A DNA stretch of 63,338 bases, the filler included, from Chiloscyllium plagiosum (Eukaryota): NCBI RefSeq assembly GCF_004010195.1. It is 4 parts of one record of this genome, joined end to end, with 100 filler letters (N's around TTAATTAATTAA, not from the genome) between each part and the next. Parts side by side here need not be neighbours in the genome. Positions count along the whole stretch, not along the records: positions 41,060 to 55,842 come from NC_057716.1; positions 55,943 to 63,338 come from NC_057716.1; 2 more parts are not named here. One strand, written 5' to 3'. Within the stretch, counting starts at the first letter, position 1. Each line of letters begins with the position of its first letter. The position numbers were made by a program, and so were the translations under genes. Positions 48,061 through 61,300 of the stretch are shown in pieces. Below the pieces are notes generated by a model. That model was not told the origin of the DNA and searched no databases. It saw only the letters and a list, made by a program, of their open reading frames with translations.

Positions 48061-48217
48061 CCGTGCTGGTCTGCCATTGGTATCCGAAGGGCTGCCTCAC
48101 TGGCTGTGAAACCTCACTACATGTTCCGTGACGCAATGATGGGCCCAAGGGCAGAAAGAGACTGTGATCCTGTCCACAAATAGCCCCGGAGGGGGCTTCA
48201 CCTTCACCCCAATGTCT

Positions 48218-48307
48218 AGATTAGAGTGGTGCTGGAAAAGCACAGCAGTTCAGGTAGAATCTGAGGAGCAGTAAAATCGACGTTTCAGGCAAAAGTCCTT
48301 CATCAGG
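48218..48307 (-). mobile_element. Penelope-like fragment (family A) with a partly decayed hammerhead
   Basis: Reverse complement cctgatgaaggacttttgcctgaaacgtcga. Confidence 0.65.
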
Positions 48308-49124
48308 CCCATACTGGCCTGAGGACACTTCACCTCAGACACTGACTGGAGGAGACAGAAGGGCTCCACTCTATTGAGGTTCCCTCGGCTCAGCTCCCTC
48401 CCTCAGGGTTTCACCCTGTGTCTCAGAGCCCATCAACAATGGGGTCATTACATTTTCTTGAAACTGATGCTCATGCATAGGACCCTGCCGTCTGTAGGGA
48501 TGAGAAAGACACCCAGGCATTTTCCAACTGGGGAGACACCTTAACCCTGGTGCGATCCCTATGGCAATGCATGGACCACTCTGAATTGAAATGTGTTTTG
48601 TGAACTTATTCCAAAACGTTTTAGCAATAAGCTCAGAGTCATCATCATCACTGAGACTTGTTTGGAAACTTTAGATTCACACGCAGATCTCAAACTTCAA
48701 CAGTCCCCAGACTGAGATTTGAACCTGTGACCCAGGAGTTTCGGCTGGCTGCTGGATTATTACATTATTGCTCTACCATGACCAGCTCACAGGGAGCATT
48801 AATCTGCCCTAGGGTTCAGTTACAGCGTTTGCCGAAGCAGAGTTACTGAATTGCAAAGTCACTTTGCACCTCTGGTTTTCTCTCTCATTTCTGTGTCATG
48901 TTGTGATTTTAATACCCAGTCCAGAAACTAGAGCATAAAATCAAGGCTGCCTCTCTCCATACTGCACTGAGGGAGTGCCACTCTGTCATAGGAACAGGAG
49001 CAGGCCATTCAGCCCTTGATCCTGCTCCACCATTCAATAAGACCCTGGCTGGCCAGTGACCTATCGCCATATATCTATCTTGGACCTACATACCTTGATA
49101 CCCTTGCTTAATAAAAAACATTGT

Positions 49125-50138
49125 CTGGCTATGTGCGTGGGAAATCATATCTTATAAACTTGATTGAGTTTTTTGAAGAAGTAACAAAGAAGATTGATGA
49201 GGGCAGAGCAGTAGATGTGATCTATATGGACTTCAGTAAGGCGTTCGACAAGGTTCACCATGGGAGACTGATTAGCAAGGTTAGATCTCACGGAAAACAG
49301 GGAGAACTAGCCATTTGGATACAGAACTGGCTCAAAGGTAGAAGACAGAGGATGGTGGTGGTCAAGGGTTGTTTTTCAGACTGGAGGCCTGTGACCAGTG
49401 GAGTGCCGCAAGGATCGGTGCACTTAATGGTAAGGTCCTAGGGAGTGTTGCTGAACAAAGAGACCTTGGAGCGAAGGTTCATAGCTCCTTGAAAGTGGAG
49501 TTGCAGGTAGATAGAATAGTGAAGAAGGTGTTTGGTATGCTTTCCTTTATTGGTCAGAGTACTGAGTACAGGAGTTGGGAGGTCATGTTGCAGCTATACA
49601 GGACATTGGTTCTGCCACTTTTGGAAGACTGTGTGCAATTCTGGTCTCCCTCCTATCAGAAGAATGTTATGAAACTTGAAAGGGTTCAGAAAAGATTTAC
49701 AAGGATGTTGCCAGGATTGGAGGGATGGAGCAACAGGGAGAGGCTGAACAGGCTGGGGCTGTTTTCCCTGGAGCTGAGGGGTGACCTTATAGAGGTTTAT
49801 AAAATCATGAAGGACATGGATAGGGTAAATAGACAAAGTCTCTTCCCTGGGGTCGGGGAGTCCAGAACTAGAGGGCATAGGTTTAGGGTGAGAGGGGAAG
49901 GGTATAAAAGGGATCTGAGGAGCAACTTTTTCACACAGAGTGTGGTGCTTGTATAGAAAGGGCTGCCAGAGGAAGTGGTGGAAGCTGATACAATTTAAAA
50001 GGTATCTGGATGGGTATATGATTGGAAGGTTCAGCAGGATATGGGCCATTAATTTAGGTTAATTTAGGATATCTGGTCGGCATGGACGAGTTGGACTGAA
50101 GAGTCTGTTTCTGTGCTATACATCTCTATGACTCTATA
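49125..50138 (+). mobile_element. CR1 RT/3' end with an internal deletion
   Basis: YMDFSKAFDKV motif; GVPQGSV is joined directly to NGKVLGSV, so the FADD region is missing. Confidence 0.9.
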
Positions 50139-51419
50139 CTTTTTTTAAAAAACATGGAATCAATCACCATGGAAACACATTGATTGTTGTAAAAATCCAT
50201 CTGGTTCACTAATGTCCTTTAGGGGAGGAAACTGCCTTCCTTATCTGGTCTGGCCTACATTTGACCCCAGACCCACAGCAGTGTGTTTTACTCTAAATTA
50301 TTTACATTAGGGACGGGTAAGAGATGCTGGCTCAGCCAGTGATGTCCACATCCTGTGAATGAATAAAATAAAATGTGTGTCTGTGGGTGAGACAGTATGT
50401 CTGTCCTTGTCTGTGTGAGAGAGGCTGTGTTTGTGGTGAGGTGGTGTGGGTTTAAGGAGGCGTGAAATGGTTAAGTTGCCTGTTATCACAATAGGAGAAT
50501 TGATCTGGAGCAGTTTGACGTCACTGTGATTGATCTGTGTGTGTATATAATTTATCACCTACAAGAGAGGGTGTGCAGCACACGGGAATATTGCAAGAGG
50601 CTGGTGTTTCAAAGAGGCAACTAGGCCTGTATTTATCTCTCTCCCCCGGTAATCTGTATAGCTGCTGAATTTGTACTCTGTCTGCCTTTCTGCATCAGCC
50701 GAAGTGTCCCGCACAATTGAGACTGACAGAGGGAGACTAGAGAGAAAATTATTTGTTTTGTTGATTTCGAAACGCGGATTGCTGTCAGCACGGAGGAGAG
50801 GCTGTCCTGATTGGAAGTGTTTACACACACACTCAGACGGACAGAGACATACACGCATACAGACAGGGACATATAAAGACACACAGAGACAGACTCACAC
50901 AGACAGACATACAAGGATACACACAGAGACAGATGTACACAGACACAAACATATACAGACACAAAGCTACACACATAAACATCTACACGGCCATGAGTTC
51001 AGTACAAATTAAACCTGTAGGACTATAACCTGGTGTTGTGTGATTTTTAACGTCATAAAGATAGTTAGTCTGATATTGAATTTTCCAAAACTTGACACAC
51101 ACACACACACACAAATACACACAAACATAGGCAGACATTGACGCAGAGGAATAAACACATTGGCAATGAGATAGGCAGAAACAGTGAGATGCATACACAG
51201 CAATACACAGTAGCACACACAGAGACGCAGAGAGATACATAAACAAATACGAACAGACTGGCATAAAGGCACACACAGACACACACGGAGAGAGACGCAC
51301 AGACACATGCACAGCGGGCTGAAATAGCAAAAATGCAAGGAGGGTTGTTTAGTTGCTCTATCCAGTAGCTGCCAGTCAGGAGGCTGAGGCTGGAAGAATT
51401 ATCGTCAGGCAGTTGCTGA

Positions 51420-51506
51420 ATGATCAGGCAGAACCGGTCGCATCAGCAAGAGACCCTGAGCCAGGCTGGGAACATGAAAAAAATCTGGTCAAAAAAACGG
51501 CTTCAG
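51420..51506 (+). CDS. Candidate first coding exon of an unidentified host gene
   Basis: Unique sequence; open frame MIRQNRSHQQETLSQAGNMKKIWSKKRLQ ends at a strong donor CAG|GTAAGA; no homology recognised. Confidence 0.3.
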
Positions 51507-51843
51507 GTAAGAGACAGAGAGAGATGTAAATGGTGCTGAATATCAGAGAGATTAAGAACTGTGTGTCTGTGTGTGTGAGACTGTAGGTGTATGTGTGTGT
51601 GTTGAGGAGAAGGGGAGCCTGAGGCACAGAATACTTCACCCCAGGCAGAGAGACAGTTGTTGCTGGTGCGGGACTCAGTTTAATAGCGTTAAAGGGGGAT
51701 TAGCTGGGGATGCTGGGTGTGAGGGGGGATATAGGGAATTGTCCTTGCATGGTCGGAATCCCCCTCCCTTCTCCCTCTTCCCCAGTGTGATAGGGTACGT
51801 TACAGGAAGGATCCCAGAGCTCCATGGAAAATGCTGGAAATAA

Positions 51844-52058
51844 AGCTCAGGGCCCAGGACCCTGGAGGGTCTGTTAGTAACTCAGGCCCCAGGATTCTGG
51901 GAGGGTCTGTTAGTAACTCAGGGCCCAGGACCCCGGGGAGGGTCTGTTAGTAACTCAGGCCCCAGGACCCCGGGGAGAGTCTGTTAGTAACTCAGGGCCC
52001 AGGATCCTGGGAGGGTCTGTTAGTAACTCAGGGCCCAGGATTCTGGGAGGGTCTGTTA
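51844..52058. repeat. ~36-bp minisatellite (~6 copies)
   Basis: Unit ctcagggcccaggatcctgggagggtctgttagtaa. Confidence 0.9.
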
Positions 52059-53629
52059 CCACGTCATGATGCAATTTTAGAAAAAGCTGCTGTTTCCCCG
52101 GGGACCAAGCCCTGGTCTGGGGAATTCTCTCACCTCCCTCCTCCCCCTCAACTCTCACCTCCCTCCTCCCCTCACCTCTTAACCCCCTCCTGCCCCTCAC
52201 TTTACCCCTTCCTCCCTCTCACCTCTTACTCCTCATTCACCTCCTCATGTCCTACTTCCTCCCCTCCCCTCACCTCCTACTACCTCCTCCTCTCCTCTAC
52301 GTTCTCCCTCCTCTCTCCTCAATCCCTCTCCTTCATTCGCTCAGCTCTCACCCCTCCCCCTTCACTCCTCCTCCCCTCCTCCCNNNNNNNNNNNNNNNNN
52401 NNNNNNNNNNNNNNNNNNNNNNNNNNNNNNNNNNNNNNNNNNNNNNNNNNNNNNNNNNNNNNNNNNNNNNNNNNNNNNNNNNNNNNNNNNNNNNNNNNNN
52501 NNNNNNNNNNNNNNNNNNNNNNNNNNNNNNNNNNNNNNNNNNNNNNNNNNNNNNNNNNNNNNNNNNNNNNNNNNNNNNNNNNNNNNNNNNNNNNNNNNNN
52601 NNNNNNNNNNNNNNNNNNNNNNNNNNNNNNNNNNNNNNNNNNNNNNNNNNNNNNNNNNNNNNNNNNNNNNNNNNNNNNNNNNNNNNNNNNNNNNNNNNNN
52701 NNNNNNNNNNNNNNNNNNNNNNNNNNNNNNNNNNNNNNNNNNNNNNNNNNNNNNNNNNNNNNNNNNNNNNNNNNNNNNNNNNNNNNNNNNNNNNNNNNNN
52801 NNNNNNNNNNNNNNNNNNNNNNNNNNNNNNNNNNNNNNNNNNNNNNNNNNNNNNNNNNNNNNNNNNNNNNNNNNNNNNNNNNNNNNNNNNNNNNNNNNNN
52901 NNNNNNNNNNTCTGTTGTTTCTCTTTCTCTTTCCAAAATCTCCATCTCCCTCCATCCCTCCCTGTAAACCCCCCCACTCCCTCTCCAACCACGCATTCTC
53001 CTCAATCCTTCCCTCCAGTCCGTCCTCCCATCCTCCTCCTTCCCCTTCACCAAACCCCTATCCCTCTATCCCTCCCTCCCTCCATCCCTCAATCTCCTTC
53101 TTTCACCCTCTGTTGTACTCATTCTATTCCAGTCCCGTGCTCCCCCCTTCCCTGGCCAGGCTAAATTTGCAGATGGATTAATGACTGATCAGTTGGGTGA
53201 ATTGGACATTGTGGATTGGCCGGTTGTAAATGTGGGGGTGGTGGGGAGGCCCGTGTTGCTGAAGTGATTCCCTCACCTCAATCATGACCTCTCCCCGTAG
53301 CCCCCGAGAGAAACTCTTTGACTGTTCCCACGGATGGAATTAATGAGGCAGGGTGTAATGTAGTTAGCCAGCAGTGAAGTGTTAACACCTTACTGAGCAT
53401 GACGATCCTCTCCTCCCCGTTCCGATTAGTCATTTCTCCTTTACACAATATCATTCAGGCGGAGAGGAAAACCATCCCCTCCTGTCTGTGCCTGAGTGGG
53501 TTGAAGGAGCCCAATGGCCTCCTGCTGTACTGGAATAATTGTGTAGTTCTGGGTAATGGCTGAGTGGGTATGCAAACCATTCAGTGAGTTGAGAGAGTTG
53601 ATTGAGTGCTGTCCTTCCTCACGTTTACA

Positions 53630-54560
53630 TGGAAGATAGGAGCAGGAGTAGGCCATTCGGCCTTTCGAGCCTGTTCCAACATCCAATACGATCCTGGCTG
53701 TTCATTCAGCTCAATACCCCAATCCCAGTTTCCCTCCATATCACTTGATCCCTTTAGCCATAAGATCAGAATCTACCTCCTGTGGTAGTGAATTCACCAG
53801 GCTCCCCACTCTCTGGGTGAAGACATTTCTCCTCATCTCAGTCCTAAAAGGTTTACCCCTTATCCTTAAACTATGACCCCCTGGTTCTGGACTTCCTCAT
53901 CATTGGGGATATTTGTAGGGCGGCATGGTGGCTCAGTGGTTAGCACTACTGCTTCACAGCACCAGGGTCCCAGGTTCGATTCCAGCCTTGCGTGACTGTC
54001 TGTGTGGAGTTTGCACATTCTCCCCGTGTCTGTATGGGTTTCCCCCCACAGTCCAAAGATGTGCAGGTTAGGTGAATTGGCCATGCTAAATTGCCTGTAG
54101 TGTTAGTGTTAGGAGGGAAATGGGTCTGGGTGGGTTACTCTTTGGAGAGTCGGTGTGGACCAGTTTGGCTGAAGGGCCTGTCTCCACATTGTAAGGAATC
54201 TAATCTAACCAGTCTCATCCTGTTAGAATTTTATAGGCTTCTATGAAATCCCTCATTTTTCTAAATTCCAATGAATACAATTCTAACTGACTCATTCTCT
54301 CCTCATACATCTGTCCTGCCATCTCAGGAACCAACCTGGTAAACTTTCACTGCACTTCCTTGATAGCAAGAACATACTTCCTCAGATAAGGAAACCAAAA
54401 CTGCACATAGTATTCTAGGTGTGATCTGACCAAAGCCTTGTATAATTGGAGCAAGACATTCTTGTTCCTATACTTGAACCTTCTTGCTATGAAAGCCAAC
54501 ATGCAGTTTGCCTTCTTTATTGCCTGCTGCACCTGCACACTTAGTTTCAGTGACTGGTGG
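53630..54560 (-). mobile_element. CR1 3' fragment with a plus-strand HE1 SINE at 53918-54208
   Basis: Minus ORF HLEYYVQFWFPYLRK; SINE boxes and tail. Confidence 0.85.
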
Positions 54561-54579
54561 ACAAGGACAATCAGGTCTC

Positions 54580-55395
54580 ATAGAACATAGAACAGTCCAG
54601 CACAGTACAGGCCCTTCGGCCCTCAATGTTGTGCTAACCTCTTATCCTACTCTAAGGTCAAACTACCCTACATACTTTTCATTTAACTATCATCCATGTG
54701 ACTATCCAAGACTCACTTATATGTCCCTAATGTATCTGACTCTCCTCCCACTGCTGGGAGTGTATTCCACACACCCACCACTCTCTGTGTAAAGAACTGA
54801 CCTCTGACATCTCCCCTAAACCTCCCTCTAATTACCTTAAAATCATACCCCCTCATGACAGACATTTCTGCCCTGGGAAAAAGTCTCTGGCTATCCACTC
54901 TATCTATGCCTCTCATTCATCTTATGTACCTCTATCAAGTCACCTCTCACCCTTCTTCACTCCAAAGAGAAAAGCCCTAGCTCCCTCAACCTTTCTTCAT
55001 AAGACATGCCCTCCAGTCCAGGCAGCATCCTGGTAAATCTCCTCTGCACCCTCTCTAAAATTTCCAAAATCTTCCTATAATGAGGTGACCAGAACTGAAC
55101 ACAATACTCCAAGTGTGATCTAACCAGGGCTTTGTAGAGCTGCAGCATAACCCCGCGGCTCTTAAACTCAACCCCCCTGCTAATGAAAGCCAACACATCA
55201 TACGCCTTCTTAACAACCCTATCAACCCTATGGAAATGGACCCCAAGATCCTCTGTTCCTCCACACTGCCAAGAATCCTGCCTTTAACCCTGTAATCTGT
55301 ATTCAAATTTCCCAGGTTAAACTCCATCTGCCACTTCTCAGCCCAACTCTGCATCCTGTCAATGTCCCGTTGCACCTTCAACAGCCCTCCACATT
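54580..55395 (-). mobile_element. CR1 3' fragment
   Basis: [23 protein letters not shown] and FFTQRVV motifs. Confidence 0.9.
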
Positions 55396-55842
55396 CCCCT
55401 CTCTCAACTTATAACCATTCAAATTATAAACTTCCTTCCTATTCTCGCTTGCTGATATTTACCTACTTGGTATTGTATCTGCCATGTGAACATTTCTTAG
55501 ACAAAGGCCAATGCCCTGGCGACAGATGGAATCCTGAACCTTGACCTGACTGATTGAGGTTCAAAGGTCATTTATGCGCCAATTGCTGAGTTGAACATTG
55601 GAGGATTCCAGCCACAGTCGGGCTGGATATTGGGAATGGGGTTAGGGGAGGGTAGAGAGGTGGTGAGGGGCTTGCAGAGGGTTGGGGACTGTTAGGGACG
55701 GTAAAGGCTGGGTTGTGCTGGGGAAGGTCAAGGGGAGTGAAGTTGAGGTGGTTAAGTAGACCTGAGGGAAGGGGTAGTGCAGGGAGGTGTGTTGGAGTCA
55801 GGTGTCAGGGTTACAGGGGGTGAGGTTTGTGGAACGGGTTGT

Positions 55843-55942
55843 NNNNNNNNNNNNNNNNNNNNNNNNNNNNNNNNNNNNNNNNNNNNTTAATTAATTAANN
55901 NNNNNNNNNNNNNNNNNNNNNNNNNNNNNNNNNNNNNNNNNN
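55843..55942. other. Artificial contig-joining spacer
   Basis: TTAATTAATTAA at 55887-55898 within Ns. Confidence 0.9.
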
Positions 55943-57660
55943 TGCTGTCATCATTAACACCTTCTCCTCTTGCTTTCCTTCCCGATCAAAATACCTTTTG
56001 AGCATATTCACATGACACGCTCTGTGAGGTTTCTTCCTGTCTGGAGTCCTTATCAAGTAGTTCACCTCACTCAATCTCCTCTCAATTCGATAAGGTCCAC
56101 TAAACCTTGCTTTTAAAGGCTCACCTGTTACTGGGAGTAACACCGATACCTTATTCCCAATTGTAAAATTGCGAATTTGTAATTTCTTATCTGCTGCCTG
56201 TTTCATTGTATGCTGGGATACTTTTAAATGCTGTCTAGCCAACTCTCCAGTTCTATTTAATCGTTCTCTAAAATTTGACACATTGTCCAAACGGGTGGTC
56301 TCTGGATTCTGACTTATTAATTTCTCCTTCATCAATTTTAACAGCCCTCTTACATCATGCCCAAAGATTAATTCAAATGGACTGAATTTGGTCAATTCAT
56401 TTGGTGCATCGCTGATCACAGAAAGTACAAATGTAATTCCCTTATCCCAATCATCTGAATAATCCTGACCATAGGCCCTCAACATGGTCTTTAATGTTTG
56501 ATGTCGTCTCTCTCGTGTTCCCTGTGATTTGGGATGGTACGCAATAGGTTTGAATTGCTTTATTCCCAAGTTATCCATAACCCCCAAGAATCCACTATTG
56601 TTAATAAATAAATATTCCCACTTTTTGTTTGAGGTAGGGGACCTGTACAATCAAGCAAGACTCTTGTGAAAGCTTCCTCAAATACTGGAATAGGTATTAA
56701 AGGTACAGATTTTATTACTGCCTGGGGTTTTCCGATTAGCTGACATGTATAACACGTCTGGCAAAATTCAACTATATCTTTGTGTAGTCCAGGCCAGTAA
56801 AAATGTCTTTGCATTTTAGCCTGTGTATTCCTCACCCCTAAATGACCTCCTACACCCAGCTTTCCCCTAGCCCACCAGCACTGTGACTTTGTGCAGCTCA
56901 CTTTATTACAATGAAAACACTGGAGCTTTTTAACTTCTTTGTCCCCCTCAAGGGTTTCTTTTTTACCCTGTGGTAAATTATCCTTATGTTCTTCACTGAG
57001 ATCTACCTTTCCCTTTCCTGGTGAGGATTTCTCTTTGCCCCAGTTTCTATCCCTCATGGACCGTAATTGATTCTGGAAGCCAAACGATGTTTTATGGATC
57101 AGCTCATAATCATCAGCCACTTCAGCTGCTAACCTCGCTGTTTTAACTCTCTACGCTTCCACATGAGTTCACACTACTTCCTCACTAAGGTTACCCTCAG
57201 CCTTTATCTCCAGCCCTTTAAGCTGACTTTCCTTTTTAAATGTCAGTTTCTGAAGTTCAAAAGCTCTCGCTTTTTCCCTCTCTTCTGCTTCTCAAACGGT
57301 TTCATTTCTGCTGGCCTTTCCTTATCTCTCGCTGCGAACTCAAGCTGCTTCATTTGCAATTGACCCTTGCCATCTCAATAGATTCTGATGGTTTCTCTAG
57401 CAAGTTTAAATGCTGAGCTACTGCTGGAATTATCTCTCCTTTCTTCAGAGAAGCAGGCAGTTCCAATTCCAGCTTCTCTGCTAATTCCTGCAGCTTGATC
57501 TTAGTCACTTTTGCAAACCTTCCAAAGTCACCACATCCACTTCCAGAAAACTTTTGGCAACTAAAAGAGCCATTTCTATCCCAAGCTTTGTCTACCCACC
57601 TAAACCAACACCCGAAATAAAGATGCTGGCACCTACCGCTCACTGTTGAAAATACCACAA
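55943..57660 (-). mobile_element. Gypsy LTR retrotransposon internal region (gag zinc knuckle plus integrase), probably Gmr1-like, deleted
   Basis: CFHCNK...C knuckle; GHLG...FYWPG...C..C..C (integrase zinc finger); YHPKSQG, FSPFELIFG and GPY module; the frame continues past integrase. Confidence 0.85.
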
Positions 57661-57673
57661 ATAACCCCGAGTC

Positions 57674-58260
57674 TGTTATGGACTAGGCCAGACCACTCAA
57701 AACATTCTTAAGCAGGCAGCACAGACTATAGCTTTGCAATTTGTTTCGGTGAGTGTACAGTGAAAATTACCCGGATTAATTTAGCGTGGTTGACTGACAG
57801 GTTTTAAAACAGAGAAAAATTCATTCACAAGATTATACAATGAAACACAAAGAGCAAAATGAAGAACCCCTACAGAACTCAGTCTGTCCAAACGAGACTC
57901 AATTATGTTGTTCCGAATATCCACTACAGTCCCTCTACGCAAACCCTCTTAAAAAAACCAGTATAGTAAAAGGAACAGATGCTTACAGGTTGGAGTTAGA
58001 AGAGCAGAAAGAGAGAGAGAGCTTCCTCACTGAACTCCTAACTAGTTCTGGACTGAGCTGCTCAGCTAGAGAGCTGACCACTCCCCTTTCATTGTACAGG
58101 TCACTTCTAAAACATGACCCCTTTGGCCTCAAGTCTCATCTGCTTACATAACAACAAAAAGGTCCACAATACCCTTTAATCTCTGTACCAAACCAGTCTA
58201 ATCAGAACCAATAATGTTTTATTAACCGTCTGAAAAAAACCAAGGACACAGTATCCAAAC
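57674..58260 (-). mobile_element. Probable 5' LTR of the Gypsy element
   Basis: tgttatgg boundary lies next to the gag leader (ends ...taaca on the minus strand); the far boundary is uncertain. Confidence 0.55.
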
Positions 58261-58375
58261 TGGACCCCAATGTACAAATCCCTCTGAAAACCAAATACCC
58301 TAAAATCCCAGCACACCTCCACCACATCTCAACTCACTAACACACAGTGGCAGCACTCTGCACCATCTACAGGAG

Positions 58376-61300
58376 CACAACTCCCAAAACCCCTACAGGC
58401 CCCACAGCTCCCACAACTCCCTCAGCTCCCACAGCTTCCCACAGCTCCCACAGTTCCCACAGCTCCCTCATCACTCACAGCTCCCTCAGCTCCCTTCAAC
58501 TCCCACAGCTCCCACAGCTCCCACAACTCTCACAGCTCCCACAGCTCCCACAGCTCCCTCAGCTCCCACACATCCCACAGCTCCCACAGCTCCCTCAACT
58601 CCCACAGCTCCCACAGCTCCCACAACTCTCACAGCTCCCACAGCTCCCACAGCTCCCTCAGCTCCCACACATCCCACAGCTCCCACAGCTCCCTCAACTC
58701 CCACAGCTCCCACAGCTCCCACAACTCTCACAGCTCCCACAGCTCCCACAGCTCCCTCAGCTCCCACACATCCCACAGCTCCCACAGCTCCCTCAACTCC
58801 CACAGCTCCCACAGCTCCCACAACTCTCACAGCTCCCACAGCTCCCACAGCTCCCTCAGCTCCCACACATCCCACAGCTCCCACAGCTCCCTCAACTCCC
58901 ACAGCTCCCACAGCTCCCACAACTCTCACAGCTCCCACAGCTCCCACAGCTCCCTCAGCTCCCACACATCCCACAGCTCCCACAGCTCCCTCAACTCCCA
59001 CAGCTCCCACAGCTCCCACAACTCTCACAGCTCCCACAGCTCCCACAGCTCCCTCAGCTCCCACACATCCCACAGCTCCCACAGCTCCCTCAACTCCCAC
59101 AGCTCCCACAGCTCCCACAACTCTCACAGCTCCCACAGCTCCCACAGCTCCCTCAGCTCCCACACATCCCACAGCTCCCACAGCTCCCTCAACTCCCACA
59201 GCTCCCACAGCTCCCACAACTCTCACAGCTCCCACAGCTCCCACAGCTCCCTCAGCTCCCACACATCCCACAGCTCCCACAGCTCCCTCAACTCCCACAG
59301 CTCCCACAGCTCCCACAACTCTCACAGCTCCCACAGCTCCCACAGCTCCCTCAGCTCCCACACATCCCACAGCTCCCACAGCTCCCTCAACTCCCACAGC
59401 TCCCACAGCTCCCACAACTCTCACAGCTCCCACAGCTCCCACAGCTCCCTCAGCTCCCACACATCCCACAGCTCCCACAGCTCCCTCAACTCCCACAGCT
59501 CCCACAGCTCCCACAACTCTCACAGCTCCCACAGCTCCCACAGCTCCCTCAGCTCCCACACATCCCACAGCTCCCACAGCTCCCTCAACTCCCACAGCTC
59601 CCACAGCTCCCACAACTCTCACAGCTCCCACAGCTCCCACAGCTCCCTCAGCTCCCACACATCCCACAGCTCCCACAGCTCCCTCAACTCCCACAGCTCC
59701 CACAGCTCCCACAACTCTCACAGCTCCCACAGCTCCCACAGCTCCCTCAACTCCCACAGCTCCCACAGCTCCCACAACTCTCACAGCTCCCACAGCTCCC
59801 ACAGCTCCCTCAACTCCCACAGCTCCCACAGCTCCCACAACTCTCACAGCTCCCACAGCTCCCACAGCTCCCTCAACTCCCACAGCTCCCACAGCTCCCA
59901 CAACTCTCACAGCTCCCACAGCTCCCACAGCTCCCTCAACTCCCACAGCTCCCACAGCTCCCACAACTCTCACAGCTCCCACAGCTCCCACAGCTCCCTC
60001 AACTCCCACAGCTCCCACAGCTCCCACAACTCTCACAGCTCCCACAGCTCCCACAGCTCCCTCAGCTCCCACAACTCCCTCGGCTCCCTCAGCTCCCTCA
60101 GCTCCCTCAGCTCCCACAGCTCCCACAACTCCCACATCTCGCACAGCTCCCTCAACTCCCACAGCTCCCACAGCTCCCACAACTCTCACAGCTCCCACAG
60201 CTCCCACAGCTCCCTCAGCTCCCACAACTCCCTCGGCTCCCTCAGCTCCCTCAGCTCCCTCAGCTCCCACAGCTCCCAAAGCTCACACAGTTCCCACATC
60301 TCCCACATCTCCCACATCTCCCACTCTCCCACTCTCCCACTCTCCCACAGCTCCCTCAGCTCCCACAACTCCCACATCTCGCACAGCTCCCTCAACTCCC
60401 ACAGCTCCCACAGCTCCCACAACTCTCACAGCTCCCACAGCTCCCACAGCTCCCTCAGCTCCCACAACTCCCTCGGCTCCCTCAGCTCCCTCAGCTCCCT
60501 CAGCTCCCACAGCTCCCACAACTCCCATAGCTCCCTCAGCTCCCATAACTCCCACAGCTCCCTCAGCTCCCTCAGCTCCCTCAGCTCCCACAGCTCCCAA
60601 AGCTCACACAGTTCCCACATCTCCCACATCTCCCACATCTCCCACTCTCCCACTCTCCCACTCTCCCACAGCTCCCTCAGCTCCCTCAACTCCCGCATCT
60701 CCCACAGCTCCCTCCGATCTCTCAGCTCCCTCAGCTCCCACAGCTCCCACAACTCCCACATCTCGCACAGCTCCCTCAACTCCCACAGCTCCCACAGCTC
60801 CCACAACTCTCACAGCTCCCACAGCTCCCACAGCTCCCTCAGCTCCCACAGATCCCTCAGCTCCCACAGTCCCCACTCTCTCACAGCTCCCACATCTCCC
60901 ACAGCTCGCACAGCTAACGCAGCTTCCACAGCTCCCTCAGCCCCCTCTCTCCCACAGCCCCCATCAGCTCCCACTCTCCCAAAGCTCCCACATCTCCCAC
61001 AGCTCCCACAGCTCCCACATCTCCCACAGCTCCCACAGCTCCCTCAGCCCTCTCAGCTCCCTCAGCTCCCTCAGCTCCCACAGCTCCCTCACTCCCTCGC
61101 TCCCACAGCTCCCACAGCTCCCACAGCTCTCACAGCTCCCTCACTCCCTCAGATCCCACATCTCCCACATCTCCCACAGCTCCCTCAGTCCCTCAGCTCC
61201 CACAACTCCCCCAGCTCCCACAGCTCCCTCACTCCCTCATATCCCACTACTCCCACATCTCCCTGAACTCCCTCAGCTCCCACAGCTTCCTCAGCTCCCT

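Noticed and set aside
58347..60530. 727-aa PQL-repeat ORF and the antisense GAV-repeat (collagen/elastin-like) ORF
   Set aside because: These are by-products of a stop-free 9-bp satellite. Both strands are open, there is no ATG start or signal peptide, and the frame breaks where the repeat degenerates.
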